A DNA stretch of 64,000 nucleotides from Candidatus Omnitrophota bacterium (GCA_903843285.1 CAIMPC010000057.1:6456-70455); one strand, 5' to 3'; counted from the first letter of the stretch, positions 42,417 through 52,019 are shown. Made by a program: numbers and translations. Notes: generated by a model not told the origin, from the letters alone.

Positions 42417-43047
42417 TATAGATATCTTTGACCTTTTTAAACGGCAGACGATAGATAATATAATTGATTACAAAAGCACCCTGAAGCAGTTTTTCCAATT
42501 CGTGGCGCACGCCCATGAAGACCAAAGGCGTCTCACCTTCTTTCAAGGTGCTTTTAATTCTTTCGGAGATAAAGGCATCCCTCTGTTTCATCAATTTCGC
42601 GCCCTTTTCTCTATATTGATTAAGCGCGTCTCTATAGCTCTGTACGGAAGCGCCGGCCTTACCGATCAACCGGCTTAAGTTGTCATATTCTTCGATCAAT
42701 AAATTCGGGTCTTCGGTCCCTTCCAAGCTGGCGCCATTTTTCAGCAAATCCATGATCAGTCGGTGATTGCGACTGGCCTTTTGGGCTAAAGTTTCGGCTA
42801 TCTCTTTTTCCCTTCCGCAAACAGGCATGGCATCCTGATAGATCCGCATTGTCGGGTACGAGACATGCGTATTCTGAATTTTTTCATATATGCCATCCCA
42901 CATCTCCTTTACGGATTTCTCCTGTTCAGCGGATGAAGCATCGGCAGGCTTTTCGGATTCATCTCCTTTTAAGGAGAGAAGAATTTCGCCCGATTCCTTC
43001 TGAGTATGCAAAACGGGCACATATATCAGGGATCTGATATTATTCAT
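42409..43047 (-). CDS. Tiki/TraB/GumN-like protein (paralog 2).
   Basis: YVPVLHTQKESG, RDAFISERI and GVRHELEKLL mirror the motifs of 40954..41643. Confidence 0.45.
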   Translation of the reverse strand: MNNIRSLIYVPVLHTQKESGEILLSLKGDESEKPADASSAEQEKSVKEMWDGIYEKIQNTHVSYPTMRIYQDAMPVCGREKEIAETLAQKASRNHRLIMDLLKNGASLEGTEDPNLLIEEYDNLSRLIGKAGASVQSYRDALNQYREKGAKLMKQRDAFISERIKSTLKEGETPLVFMGVRHELEKLLQGAFVINYIIYRLPFKKVKDIYNV

Positions 43048-43441
43048 CCTTACCCTTAGAAGCAGCGGCGTCTTTTATTGTCATCATTACCGTTTCGTTA
43101 TTAAATGGCTTGGCCATATACTCATAAACATTCAGATCGGCGGCGTCTCTGATCGTCGCGGCATCACCGTATCCTGTGATAATAATTACTATAACACCGG
43201 GATCTTTTTTTCTGATACGGCGCAGAGTCTCTATACCATTTATTCCCGGCATCTTAAGATCCAGGAGGATGATATCGGGATCTCTCTTCTGGTTTATTTT
43301 TATTCCATCATATCCATTCTGTGCGGTAAAAACAGTATAGCCCTCGGGCTTTAGTATATTTTTAAAAAGCAAACACAGATCCTCCTCATCATCGATTATT
43401 AGAATTTTGGTTTTATTCACAGTCATTATATTTCTCCTCAC
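43040..43441 (-). CDS. Single-domain CheY-like response regulator receiver.
   Basis: KILIIDDEEDL...DIILLDLKMPGING...KPF. 133 aa. Confidence 0.8.
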   Translation of the reverse strand: MRRNIMTVNKTKILIIDDEEDLCLLFKNILKPEGYTVFTAQNGYDGIKINQKRDPDIILLDLKMPGINGIETLRRIRKKDPGVIVIIITGYGDAATIRDAADLNVYEYMAKPFNNETVMMTIKDAAASKGKDE

Positions 43442-43569
43442 TTATTATTTTTTCGATAAGCCAGTTAACCCTTTATACCTGGCATCACCATATCGATAAA
43501 CGCAATATCATATTCCTTTATCTTTACTTTTTCTATGGCTTTAGCCCAATCGCCATAACTCATCTTTTG

Positions 43570-45825
43570 TCATACAGAATCTGCCGCCCAGTGAGGAATC
43601 TTGATTATAAAAGAGGCGCCCTTATTTTTGCCGTCGCTTTTCGCTTCGATAGATCCTCCATGCCTTTTCATTATACTATAACTTATGGATAACCCAAGGC
43701 CGACGCCCTGGCCGGGTTCTCGGGTAGTAAAAAACGGATCAAATACACGAAGGACACTATCCTCTCCTATGCCTATGCCCGTATCCTTAAATTCGATCAG
43801 CGTGAAATCGCCTTCCGACCAAGTCCTTACGATGAGCTCCCCTCCGTCCGGCATGGCGTTCTGCGCGTTAGCGATGACATTTATAAATACCTGCATCATC
43901 TGATCCGTATCAATACTTACATTGCGCGAATTCTTTTCATATCTTTTAATGACTTTAATATTTTGAGCAATTGTCCGATATTCAACAAGCGCTAAGGCAT
44001 CATCTAAGAGACCGTCTATGTCGTGCTCCTGTCTATGGAGCTCTTTGGCCCTGGCGAAATTCAGAAGATTACTTATAATAACTTTGCATCGTTCGGCATT
44101 TTTTAAAACTATCTTTAGATCATGCGCTATTTTTTCCGGGGCAATTCTTTGATTCTTTAAATCCTGCAGCGTTGCCTCTGTAAAACCCACTATTCCGGCT
44201 AAGGGGTTATTAATCTCATGCGCCGCCCCGGCGCTAAGTTGGCCCAGAGATGCCAGTTTACTTGTCTGGAATAGCTGCTCCTGAGTCTCTTTCAGCATCT
44301 CATCCGCCTTCTTGCTCTCGGTGGTGTCGGTGAAAAATCCCACAAGGCACTTACGGCCGTCTAGTATTACCGGAGCAGCGCTGACGTTAGCGTAAAATAA
44401 AGCGCCATCTTTGCGCAAACACGGAAGGTAAAACGCTAACTTCTTTTCACCGCGCAACTGGGCCTCGAACTCTGCCCACGCCGTGCCTAAGAACTCCTTT
44501 GGATGAATATCCTCTACCCCTAAGCGTATTAATTCTTCTTCCGTGTATCCAAACATTCTGCACGCAGACGGGTTGACATAGCGGAATTGCCTCGTCTCAG
44601 AATCGGTCGCGACTATTCCCTCTGCGGCGCTGGCAAAAAGCGCCTTGTATTTGGTTTCTGATTCCCGCAGCGCCTCCTGCGCCTTCTTGCGCTCAGCAAT
44701 CTCTGTAATAAGGCTTTCGATGGAGGTAGTTGACTCCTTTAAATGTTGCGTCATTGTGTCGAATGCACGCGAGAGCTGTCCCGCCTCATCTTTTGTGCCG
44801 ATGTCCACCTTATGGTCTAAATTGCCGGTGCCAACTATTTCTATACCTTTGCGCAAGCGTCTAAGCGGTGCGGTGATTAGCCTGGCGATGAATATGCCTA
44901 ATAGCCAGCCGGCGATGGGCACGATAAATAAAATCATAAGAAAAACCATACTTACCTTAGCTAAAGGCGCAAATATCTCTTTCGCATCTATCTCGGCTAA
45001 GACCGTCCACTGCGTCTGGGGAATGCATTCATTTGCCCCCAGAACCTGCACGCCGCGATAATCCAGATAAAGACCCACCACTCCATTGTGCTCTCTGCCC
45101 TTATACAGCCTGTCTTGCCTTACATTCTCTGTTTCTATCTTTCGATTTAGGGCCGCGCCTTTTTCAAATTTGGACGGAGTGATCATGCATCCACGCTCAT
45201 TAACAATATAAATCTTGCCGGTCTTGCCCATACCGACTTCACTTGTGGTAATATTATTCAAATCCGTTAATCTCACTCTTGCCGTAAGCACGCCCAATAA
45301 TTCACCCGTCTGGCTTTCTAATATTGGCGCGGATACGGCCATTAAAGACTCTTTACGTTCTTCGGAATAATAGAGATCCTTGATGAAGACACCTTTTTGG
45401 GCGCCGAGAAAAATAGAATCCACGGATTTATCTAATCCGATACTGCTTTCGTTGCTTGCGGCTACTACCAAGCCCTTTTTATCCATAAGCAGAAATTCCG
45501 CTATCGCTGGGTTGGCCTCTTCAATCCTCCCAAGCCTTTTCATCGCCAACTTAAAGGCCTCATTGCGCTCAGGGCTTTCTTTATCGCTTATTTTTAGAGA
45601 ATCCTCCAAAATGCCGCTTTTTGATAATTGCTCCACATAAACGACCAGCATTTTAAGGTAGGTTTCGATGTGATCACATCGTGAACTAAGCACGCCGGAT
45701 AGATTAGTATATATAGACTTCTGCAGATTATTTTTCAAGGTTAAATAAAAGACGCTTCCCGCGATACTCATGAGAATTAGACTAACGATCAGAAATGAGA
45801 GGCTTATTTTATTTACAATCTTCAT
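43570..45825 (-). CDS. Membrane sensor histidine kinase (periplasmic Cache-like sensor, HAMP, PAS, HisKA, HATPase_c).
   Basis: Two TM segments flank an about 250-aa extracytoplasmic domain. HAMP (GNLDHKVDIGTKDEAGQLSRAFDTM). H-box GAAHEINNPL. G-boxes DTGIGI and GVGLGL. Confidence 0.85.
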   Translation of the reverse strand: MKIVNKISLSFLIVSLILMSIAGSVFYLTLKNNLQKSIYTNLSGVLSSRCDHIETYLKMLVVYVEQLSKSGILEDSLKISDKESPERNEAFKLAMKRLGRIEEANPAIAEFLLMDKKGLVVAASNESSIGLDKSVDSIFLGAQKGVFIKDLYYSEERKESLMAVSAPILESQTGELLGVLTARVRLTDLNNITTSEVGMGKTGKIYIVNERGCMITPSKFEKGAALNRKIETENVRQDRLYKGREHNGVVGLYLDYRGVQVLGANECIPQTQWTVLAEIDAKEIFAPLAKVSMVFLMILFIVPIAGWLLGIFIARLITAPLRRLRKGIEIVGTGNLDHKVDIGTKDEAGQLSRAFDTMTQHLKESTTSIESLITEIAERKKAQEALRESETKYKALFASAAEGIVATDSETRQFRYVNPSACRMFGYTEEELIRLGVEDIHPKEFLGTAWAEFEAQLRGEKKLAFYLPCLRKDGALFYANVSAAPVILDGRKCLVGFFTDTTESKKADEMLKETQEQLFQTSKLASLGQLSAGAAHEINNPLAGIVGFTEATLQDLKNQRIAPEKIAHDLKIVLKNAERCKVIISNLLNFARAKELHRQEHDIDGLLDDALALVEYRTIAQNIKVIKRYEKNSRNVSIDTDQMMQVFINVIANAQNAMPDGGELIVRTWSEGDFTLIEFKDTGIGIGEDSVLRVFDPFFTTREPGQGVGLGLSISYSIMKRHGGSIEAKSDGKNKGASFIIKIPHWAADSV

Positions 45826-45940
45826 AGAATTTTTTTAAGAAATTAATACCCTTCATTTAATATCTCTTTTAATTTTTCTTTCAGGCGTTTCGGCTTAAAC
45901 AGCTTGAGGATATATCCATGGACTCTTTTGGAGCTCTCTA

Positions 45941-45996
45941 TCAAAATGAGGCCTGGCCAGATTAGACCTCGCATCGGATCTAACCTGGCCAGATCT
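45941..45996 (-). terminator. Possible intrinsic terminator after the gvpJ-like gene. Imperfect hairpin flanked by an ATCTGGCCAGG direct repeat and followed by a short U-run.
   Basis: On the minus strand: gATCTGGCCAGGttagatccgatgcgaggtctaATCTGGCCAGGcctcattttga. Confidence 0.3.
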
Positions 45997-45999
45997 GAC

Positions 46000-46305
46000 T
46001 TATTTCGCCTTTATCTTCGCTTCCAGATGATCTAATCTCTTTTTCAGCAGCACATTCTCTTTTGCTATCTCATTGTCCTTTGCTTTTGAAGACAGGTAGG
46101 AATCCTGCTGCCACCAATTTATCCCCATCTCCATTGCCTTATCAACTGAGGCGACCAATAACCTTATCTTAATATTGAGAAGATCAATATCGGCAATCTG
46201 GATCTTTATGTCCCCGGCGATCACGATCCCTTTATCTAATACCCGCTCTAAAATATCCGCCAGATTTGTAGCATCGTTGGCATGTATCATCTTTGTGTTA
46301 GGCAT
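46000..46305 (-). CDS. gvpJ: Gas vesicle protein GvpJ-like (GvpA-family core with a C-terminal extension).
   Basis: LADILERVLDKGIVIAGDIKIQIADIDLLNIKIRLLVASVDKAMEMG matches the GvpA/J hydrophobic core. Confidence 0.75.
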   Translation of the reverse strand: MPNTKMIHANDATNLADILERVLDKGIVIAGDIKIQIADIDLLNIKIRLLVASVDKAMEMGINWWQQDSYLSSKAKDNEIAKENVLLKKRLDHLEAKIKAK

Positions 46306-46325
46306 AACACATTCTCCTTTTCTGT

Positions 46326-46607
46326 TTATGCTAGCTTTTTCACTTTTATAATTATATCCGCCGCCCTCTTGCGTAAGCTCGCTATATACCGGCAGTTTTC
46401 ACAATCAATGTTTGCGCTCTTATAGTCCTGGCAGGCAAGCAGTACATCCGCCTCTTTCCGCAGCTCTTCGGCAAATACCGCTTTTCCCACCACTCCCTCG
46501 ATCGCATTGATCTTATTCGTGATATCTTTTATCACCGCCTCCTGCTTTTGAAATATAGCACAGTTTACCTTAGCGCCGTCTTCACGATCCATATTTTCTC
46601 CTCTCAC
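46326..46607 (-). CDS. Small hypothetical protein in the gvp cluster (93 aa, Cys-containing).
   Basis: Tightly packed between gvpJ and gvpK. No recognised motif. Confidence 0.45.
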   Translation of the reverse strand: MRGENMDREDGAKVNCAIFQKQEAVIKDITNKINAIEGVVGKAVFAEELRKEADVLLACQDYKSANIDCENCRYIASLRKRAADIIIKVKKLA

Positions 46608-46939
46608 ATTAAATCTCCTAAGGGCCCTAAATTAATGTTCAATTCCTCATCCTTAAGCCCGAAGATCTCTTTCAAATCCTTCATTTTGTTCTCTAACTTC
46701 ATCAATGTTTCACCGATCCGCTCGACCTCCTCGTCGGTAAGAGAACCCGCCTCTACCCTTCTCATCGCCTGTTTTTCCATTAACTTCCGAATCAGTTCTA
46801 TGAGAGTAAGAACCAGCTTCGCCAATCCCTTCTCCACGTTTTCAGGATTTGCCTCGATCTTTTTAGGCAGCGCATCCTTAACTTTTTCCATCTCGCCGGC
46901 AAAAATCTCGAGAGAATCCGTCTCGATTGTTTTACTCAT
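46604..46939 (-). CDS. gvpK: Gas vesicle protein GvpK.
   Basis: GLAKLVLTLIELIRKLMEKQAMRRVEAGSLTDEEVERIGETL...LNINLGPLGDL matches the GvpK consensus. Confidence 0.8.
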   Translation of the reverse strand: MSKTIETDSLEIFAGEMEKVKDALPKKIEANPENVEKGLAKLVLTLIELIRKLMEKQAMRRVEAGSLTDEEVERIGETLMKLENKMKDLKEIFGLKDEELNINLGPLGDLM

Positions 46940-47739
46940 AGCTGCCTACCATCCTTTTCTTCCGGATATTTGTGTTGCAATATAGTTTCGATCAAATCAG
47001 GCCCGCCAAACTTCCTATCCCCGGAATGACTTAACGTGATAAAATTATACGCCGGCCACGGGCCGCTGAGCATATACTTAAGATCTCCTCCGGAAGAGCG
47101 CAATTCCTCGAACGCTTCCATAAAGTCATCTTTCTTTTTCCTGTCCACCAGATAGGCGGCGCTTAGGAGCAGATTGTCGGTCTTTAATTTTTCGAGTTTT
47201 TTTTCGGAGACGTACCTGTTCAAAAACTCATCTACGATAGAGATGCATCTATCCGCCTCTTCTTCGAACTCTTTGTCTATCTTGTACTTTTCGAACTTCT
47301 CTTTCATGAATTTAGCTCCTGACTGCACGGCGTTCACCGGAGCGCTTTCGTCCTTATGGGCACTTGCTATTCTATCTTTTATGACATTGCCCGCCCAAAT
47401 AACCTTTATGCCGAATTCGCACTTACCGTACACCCGGTCTAAGTTCTCTGTAAAATCCTCATAATGATCTTTCACCCTTAAAAGCATCTCTTCTTTTCCT
47501 GCAAAAACCGTATATAGTCTCATCGGCAGAACGGTGAATCTGTCCATCAGCGCTTCCACGATTTCCTCGTGCTTTAAAACAGACTCTTCGGTTTTGATTT
47601 GGACCTGGGGATCGAGATTACTCACCACTATTCCGATATCGCGATAAGGGATACTATAAATAGGGGCCTCGCATAGTCCCTTATTGGATTCGTCCATCTC
47701 CTTATTAGAATCGATTATGGCATAGACATATAATCTCAT
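46936..47739 (-). CDS. Gas vesicle protein GvpF/GvpL family (paralog 1).
   Basis: YVYAII...GIVVSNL...VLPMRL... and C-terminal SGPWPAYNF. Confidence 0.75.
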   Translation of the reverse strand: MRLYVYAIIDSNKEMDESNKGLCEAPIYSIPYRDIGIVVSNLDPQVQIKTEESVLKHEEIVEALMDRFTVLPMRLYTVFAGKEEMLLRVKDHYEDFTENLDRVYGKCEFGIKVIWAGNVIKDRIASAHKDESAPVNAVQSGAKFMKEKFEKYKIDKEFEEEADRCISIVDEFLNRYVSEKKLEKLKTDNLLLSAAYLVDRKKKDDFMEAFEELRSSGGDLKYMLSGPWPAYNFITLSHSGDRKFGGPDLIETILQHKYPEEKDGRQL

Positions 47740-47742
47740 CTT

Positions 47743-48036
47743 TTACGTCGGCTCCTCGGTTGCGCCAGGCATAGGAGCTCCTCTTAAGTGCTCCATCGTC
47801 TCTACTGAGCTCAAGAGAACCCTTAATCCTAAATATACAAGATCCACATCAGCTACGGAAATAACTATATCTCCGGATATGACTACGCCCTTTGTCAGAG
47901 CCCTATCCAGGATCTCTAAAAGCGTGACCCTTTCCTTCTTACGAAGATCTAAATAGCTTTTCTTATCCTGCGTGGTTTTTATCGGATTATCCATCGTGCA
48001 TCCTTTTATTGTAGGGCAGGCTTTAACTTGTCCCAC
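47743..48036 (-). CDS. GvpA/GvpJ/GvpM-family small hydrophobic gas vesicle protein.
   Basis: LLEILDRALTKGVVISGDIVISVADVDLVYLGLRVLLSSVETME. Confidence 0.7.
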   Translation of the reverse strand: MGQVKACPTIKGCTMDNPIKTTQDKKSYLDLRKKERVTLLEILDRALTKGVVISGDIVISVADVDLVYLGLRVLLSSVETMEHLRGAPMPGATEEPT

Positions 48037-48115
48037 TATCTAATAACCCGAACTGTAGCGCACATTTAAAGATGCGCCACTTCTCACTACATTGAGAGTT
48101 TACAAAAAAAGAAGG

Positions 48116-48919
48116 TTAAATCTGACTTACCTGCTTACAGAAATTATAAGGCGGCCAGGGGCCCGTGCAGTCAAATATCAGCCCCTTATCCGCATATTTA
48201 GCCTTGAGACATGATATAACATTTTCAAACTCTTTGATCCGCTTGCTGCTTATCAAAAACGCGGCGTTTAACACCATATCCTCTTTCTTTTCCGTTACCT
48301 CTTTAGGTAATATATTATTAATCTTAGCATTCACAGCGACTATTTTTAATCTTTCAAAACAGTCCTTTGTGTATTCAGAGATCTTTTCGTTAATGATATC
48401 TTTTACTATCTCTTCCTTTTTCTTCTTTAAAAAGAATGCCTTGCCCGGGCCGGCGGCGAGAATTTCTTTGTCTTGCGCTATGATCCGTTCGTTCTTTGAG
48501 CAAAGGGTATCTTTAAAATATTCACTGCTACAGTATATCTTAAGGCCCCGCTCCTCTTTACCCTCCAGAAAATCCAGCACAGTCTTAAACTCGAGATTAT
48601 TTGCTTTAAGCAATTTTTCTACATTCGCTTTGCACTCAAAAACCGTACCGAATTTAAAAGGCAGCACGGTTTGCTCTTTCATGATCTTCTCTATCACCTT
48701 CTCGTGAAGCCGGATATTTCTCTCCACCCAACTCATGTCGGTCAGATGCCTTTTTAGATTTATCTCACTAAAGTCTTCGGGCGAGACGCTGCTGATAACC
48801 GCGTAAGTCCCCTGAAAATAAACAAGCTCGACCTTAACCCCTAAATCCGCAAAATCATAAGATGGAAGACTATCCTTTGTAACACAGTACAAATAGAGGA
48901 GCTCTTTCACCGCGATCAT
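48116..48919 (-). CDS. Gas vesicle protein GvpF/GvpL family (paralog 2).
   Basis: LYLYCV... and C-terminal TGPWPPYNF. Confidence 0.75.
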   Translation of the reverse strand: MIAVKELLYLYCVTKDSLPSYDFADLGVKVELVYFQGTYAVISSVSPEDFSEINLKRHLTDMSWVERNIRLHEKVIEKIMKEQTVLPFKFGTVFECKANVEKLLKANNLEFKTVLDFLEGKEERGLKIYCSSEYFKDTLCSKNERIIAQDKEILAAGPGKAFFLKKKKEEIVKDIINEKISEYTKDCFERLKIVAVNAKINNILPKEVTEKKEDMVLNAAFLISSKRIKEFENVISCLKAKYADKGLIFDCTGPWPPYNFCKQVSQI

Positions 48920-49179
48920 TCTCCCGGGCTAAGAGTCCCTTTGCGCTCGTAGGATTCTACCTCCAGGTCACCGCTTAGTTTAAGGGCGTATATATTCCTG
49001 TCCTGCACTTTCGTAGAAAGCCCGAGAGACTTGATAAATGAACTCGCTTCAAAAACCTCTGCTTCACATTCCCACCCATCGCCAACCTTTGAGACCTTGA
49101 TCACTGTTACGTCCTTGACGCTGAGGGTCTTCCTTAAAAAATCTATAACCTCTTTTTTCGCACCTTCTATATTGGCCAT
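48916..49179 (-). CDS. Small hypothetical protein in the gvp cluster (87 aa).
   Basis: Translationally coupled (4-nt overlap) with the downstream GvpF/L gene. Family not recognised. Confidence 0.45.
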   Translation of the reverse strand: MANIEGAKKEVIDFLRKTLSVKDVTVIKVSKVGDGWECEAEVFEASSFIKSLGLSTKVQDRNIYALKLSGDLEVESYERKGTLSPGE

Positions 49180-49181
49180 TT

Positions 49182-49424
49182 CTATTCTCCCTCTTCCTCT
49201 TTTGCTTTTCTGATAGCGTCCAATCGCGCCAAAAGTTCCGCTTCCTGTTTATTAAACTCTTGCTCATTGATCTTATCCAGCTCAAATCGCATCTGTAGTT
49301 CCATAAGTTTCTCTTTTATGAGCCCTTCATCAGAAAATTCCTTTTCCACCACATTATCGATCTTTTTAGCCAGCCAAATTATGCCATTTAATGGCGCGAG
49401 TAATATATCATCCAGTAAAAACAT
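49182..49424 (-). CDS. gvpG: Gas vesicle protein GvpG.
   Basis: MFLLDDILLAPLNGIIWLAKKI...LMELQMRFELDKINEQEFNKQEAELLARL matches the GvpG consensus. Confidence 0.75.
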   Translation of the reverse strand: MFLLDDILLAPLNGIIWLAKKIDNVVEKEFSDEGLIKEKLMELQMRFELDKINEQEFNKQEAELLARLDAIRKAKEEEGE

Positions 49425-49425
49425 T

Positions 49426-50196
49426 TTAGTATCCCATCGTTTCGATCACGAGGTTCACAAAATTAAAGGGAGGCAGTGTTCCCACATATTTAAATTTTAT
49501 CTTGTCATCATATTTATCCGCGAGGATCTGAACATTCCGGTCAAATTCCGTTTCATTCGCATTCTCTACCAGAAATGCGGCGCTTATGATCATCAGCTCA
49601 CCATAAGGATTGTTGACCTTCGTATCTTTCGCCAAAGGCGATAGCGTCTCTAAAATCTCCTTCTTGTACATATCCTTCTGTTCCTGCAGGGCGGCTTCGA
49701 CTTTCCTGCCGGCCTCCATACGCAGATAGTAGGTCTTTGCCGGCGGCTCGGATGACAACGCTTTTTTAATTTTCTTAATATCTTCGTAATTCTCCGCTAT
49801 CTCTTTATATATTACGTCTTCCTTGAATATAGCGCGTAAACCCAGTTCTTTTTTACCTTCTATATTTTTTAGCATGCCGGTAAATTTATCATGCTCTTTT
49901 TCCAATATCTTTTTTACTTTATTTTCATCCTGGGCAATGGTGCAAAATCGTACCGGCAAAACCGTATATTTTTTCATTATCTCCTCTATCGCCTTCTCAT
50001 GGGCAAGCATATTCTCTCTCGAGACTGCATAGCTTATTATCGGAGAATTACTGACTACGGCCGCGATATCCTTATAAAGGATGGAATGCAGTTCATCACC
50101 TCGTCCGCCAATCCCGAGAGCTCCAAAGGATTCGGCCTCTTTTGACGCGATAATACAATATATATACTTACCTTCTTTTCCTGCAGTATCCTTCAT
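49426..50196 (-). CDS. Gas vesicle protein GvpF/GvpL family (paralog 3).
   Basis: KYIYCIIAS...AAVVSNS...VLPVRF... and GTLPPFNFVNLVI. Confidence 0.75.
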   Translation of the reverse strand: MKDTAGKEGKYIYCIIASKEAESFGALGIGGRGDELHSILYKDIAAVVSNSPIISYAVSRENMLAHEKAIEEIMKKYTVLPVRFCTIAQDENKVKKILEKEHDKFTGMLKNIEGKKELGLRAIFKEDVIYKEIAENYEDIKKIKKALSSEPPAKTYYLRMEAGRKVEAALQEQKDMYKKEILETLSPLAKDTKVNNPYGELMIISAAFLVENANETEFDRNVQILADKYDDKIKFKYVGTLPPFNFVNLVIETMGY

Positions 50197-50970
50197 CTAC
50201 TTCTCCCACTCCTCAGGATATATAACGATATTGACGAAGTTAAATACGGGTAAAGGTCCCGTATACATAAATTTCACTCTTCTCCCATGCTGTTCGCCCA
50301 GATCGCACATTATATTATCAAACTCTTTCTCCCTGCCTTTATCCACCAAAAACGCGGCGTTCATGAACATCTCATCGCCCACAGTCTTATTGAGCTTATG
50401 ATCAAAGGCTGTCCTCCTCAGCGCTTCTACAATGCCTTCAGCCTCTTTATCTTTCTTCTTTTCCAGAGCCCTCTCCACCATCTTACCTATTTCATTTTTG
50501 GCCTGAATATTTTTTTTACTATTATCTTTCAGAAGCTTCTTTTTTAACAGCTCAATCGCTTTATTCTCATCTACAATTTCTTTGAATATAGCGGGCATAT
50601 TATTCCATATGCCTTTAACACCCAATTCTACTTTATGATCCACGTCACGTAACGCACTCTTAAACTCTCTGTATCTTTTGCTTAGGAGATTTCTTATTTC
50701 ATCGGCGTTTGACGCGATAGTCCCGAACCTTACCGGAAGCACACCGTCAAACTCCTTCATCACTGCCTCGATCACCCGTTCATGTGTAAGCATATTCTCT
50801 GAGTTAACGGTTAATTTAGATAGAGGGTGACTGCTCACGACCATGCTTATGTCGTCATAGCCTATGGTTGAGACATCGTCACCTCTTTCACCTATTCCTA
50901 TAGGCCCGAAACTTCTCTCCTGCGACGAAGCTATAACGCAATATATATACCGTCCTTCCTTCTGTATCAT
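50197..50970 (-). CDS. Gas vesicle protein GvpF/GvpL family (paralog 4).
   Basis: RYIYCVIAS...SMVVSSH...LPVRFGTI... and TGPLPVFNFVNIVI. Confidence 0.75.
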   Translation of the reverse strand: MIQKEGRYIYCVIASSQERSFGPIGIGERGDDVSTIGYDDISMVVSSHPLSKLTVNSENMLTHERVIEAVMKEFDGVLPVRFGTIASNADEIRNLLSKRYREFKSALRDVDHKVELGVKGIWNNMPAIFKEIVDENKAIELLKKKLLKDNSKKNIQAKNEIGKMVERALEKKKDKEAEGIVEALRRTAFDHKLNKTVGDEMFMNAAFLVDKGREKEFDNIMCDLGEQHGRRVKFMYTGPLPVFNFVNIVIYPEEWEK

Positions 50971-52019
50971 TCTCTTACCCTCACCAATATAGGATCGTTA
51001 TTTTGACCTGCCTGCCCGACTGATAATGCTGCATCGGTCAGGCGGGCCTGGTTAAGAGCCGTGCAGTATTCTGTAAGTATTCTGTATGCCCTGTTCACCT
51101 CATCAAATTCTTTTCCGGCGCTGAATGAACCCGGGTTTCTGTCCGGGTGAGTGAAAACCGCCTGCCTCTGATAGGCTTTTTTGACCTCGTCCTTGCTTGT
51201 AATATCGCTTAAGATCCCCAGCCTTTTCTTCGCCCAACCTATATCTTCATTACTTATACTATTCGTCTCGAGGGTATAAAAGCTATAAGGCGGAAGAGGG
51301 CCGATGCACCTGAAATTCAGTCGTTCATTGAATTTGATATTTAGCTCTTCCACCTTCATATCAAAGTCTTTATGCTTAGCTTTATCAATTAGAAAAGCTA
51401 TATTAATTACCATCTTATCATCCATGGGCTCATGTACTTTTAAGGCCTGGCTTACGCTTTTAAGGGTATCTTGTATCTGCTTAGAATACAACTCCCTATC
51501 TCTATCCAACGCGTCTTTGACCATAAGCCCAATCTTCATCTGGTCATCCACGGTTACGCCTCCGGGTGAGGATAAAAGCCGATCCTTAAATTCCCGGATC
51601 TCCTTGCTTTCCCCTATTCCTTTAATGATCGAATAGAAGTCACCCCAAATGGCCGTTACGTCAATCTCGATCCTGTCAGATATTTTAGTGAAGACATCTT
51701 TAATTACAGTATAACCGCATGCCAATATATGTTTAACCTCATCCTCATCTTTGGCAAAGATCCCCAACCTCATAGGAATGATTGTATGGTTCAAACTCAT
51801 GATCTTTTCGATAGCCTTTTGATGTCTCACTAAAAACATAGCTAAAACGTCTTTGCGCATCCGCGTATAATCAACTATTTCAGAATCGCTCACTACAGCC
51901 GAAATATCCCGATAAGAAACGGTATAGACCTCTTCGCAGTCAGTAACCCCGTAAGAGCCAAAGAATACCTCTTTATCAGAATTTAAAACTCCGTAAATAT
52001 ATTTACCGCTATATTTCAT
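50967..52019 (-). CDS. GvpF/GvpL-family domain fused to a C-terminal DnaJ J domain (paralog 5).
   Basis: The N-terminal about 265 aa is GvpF/L-like (KYIYGVL..., IGPLPPYSF). The C-terminus WAKKRLGILSDITSKDEVKKAYQRQAVFTHPDRNPGSFSAGKEFDEVNRAYRILTE has J-domain helices II/III and the HPD motif. Confidence 0.7.
   Translation of the reverse strand: MKYSGKYIYGVLNSDKEVFFGSYGVTDCEEVYTVSYRDISAVVSDSEIVDYTRMRKDVLAMFLVRHQKAIEKIMSLNHTIIPMRLGIFAKDEDEVKHILACGYTVIKDVFTKISDRIEIDVTAIWGDFYSIIKGIGESKEIREFKDRLLSSPGGVTVDDQMKIGLMVKDALDRDRELYSKQIQDTLKSVSQALKVHEPMDDKMVINIAFLIDKAKHKDFDMKVEELNIKFNERLNFRCIGPLPPYSFYTLETNSISNEDIGWAKKRLGILSDITSKDEVKKAYQRQAVFTHPDRNPGSFSAGKEFDEVNRAYRILTEYCTALNQARLTDAALSVGQAGQNNDPILVRVRE

Noticed and set aside
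42157-42678. 173-aa plus-strand ORF overlapping the Tiki-like/hypothetical genes. Also 32937..33140, 33975..34163 and 52633..52884.
   Set aside because: Embedded within, or antisense to, well-supported minus-strand CDSs with clear motifs. No independent support.
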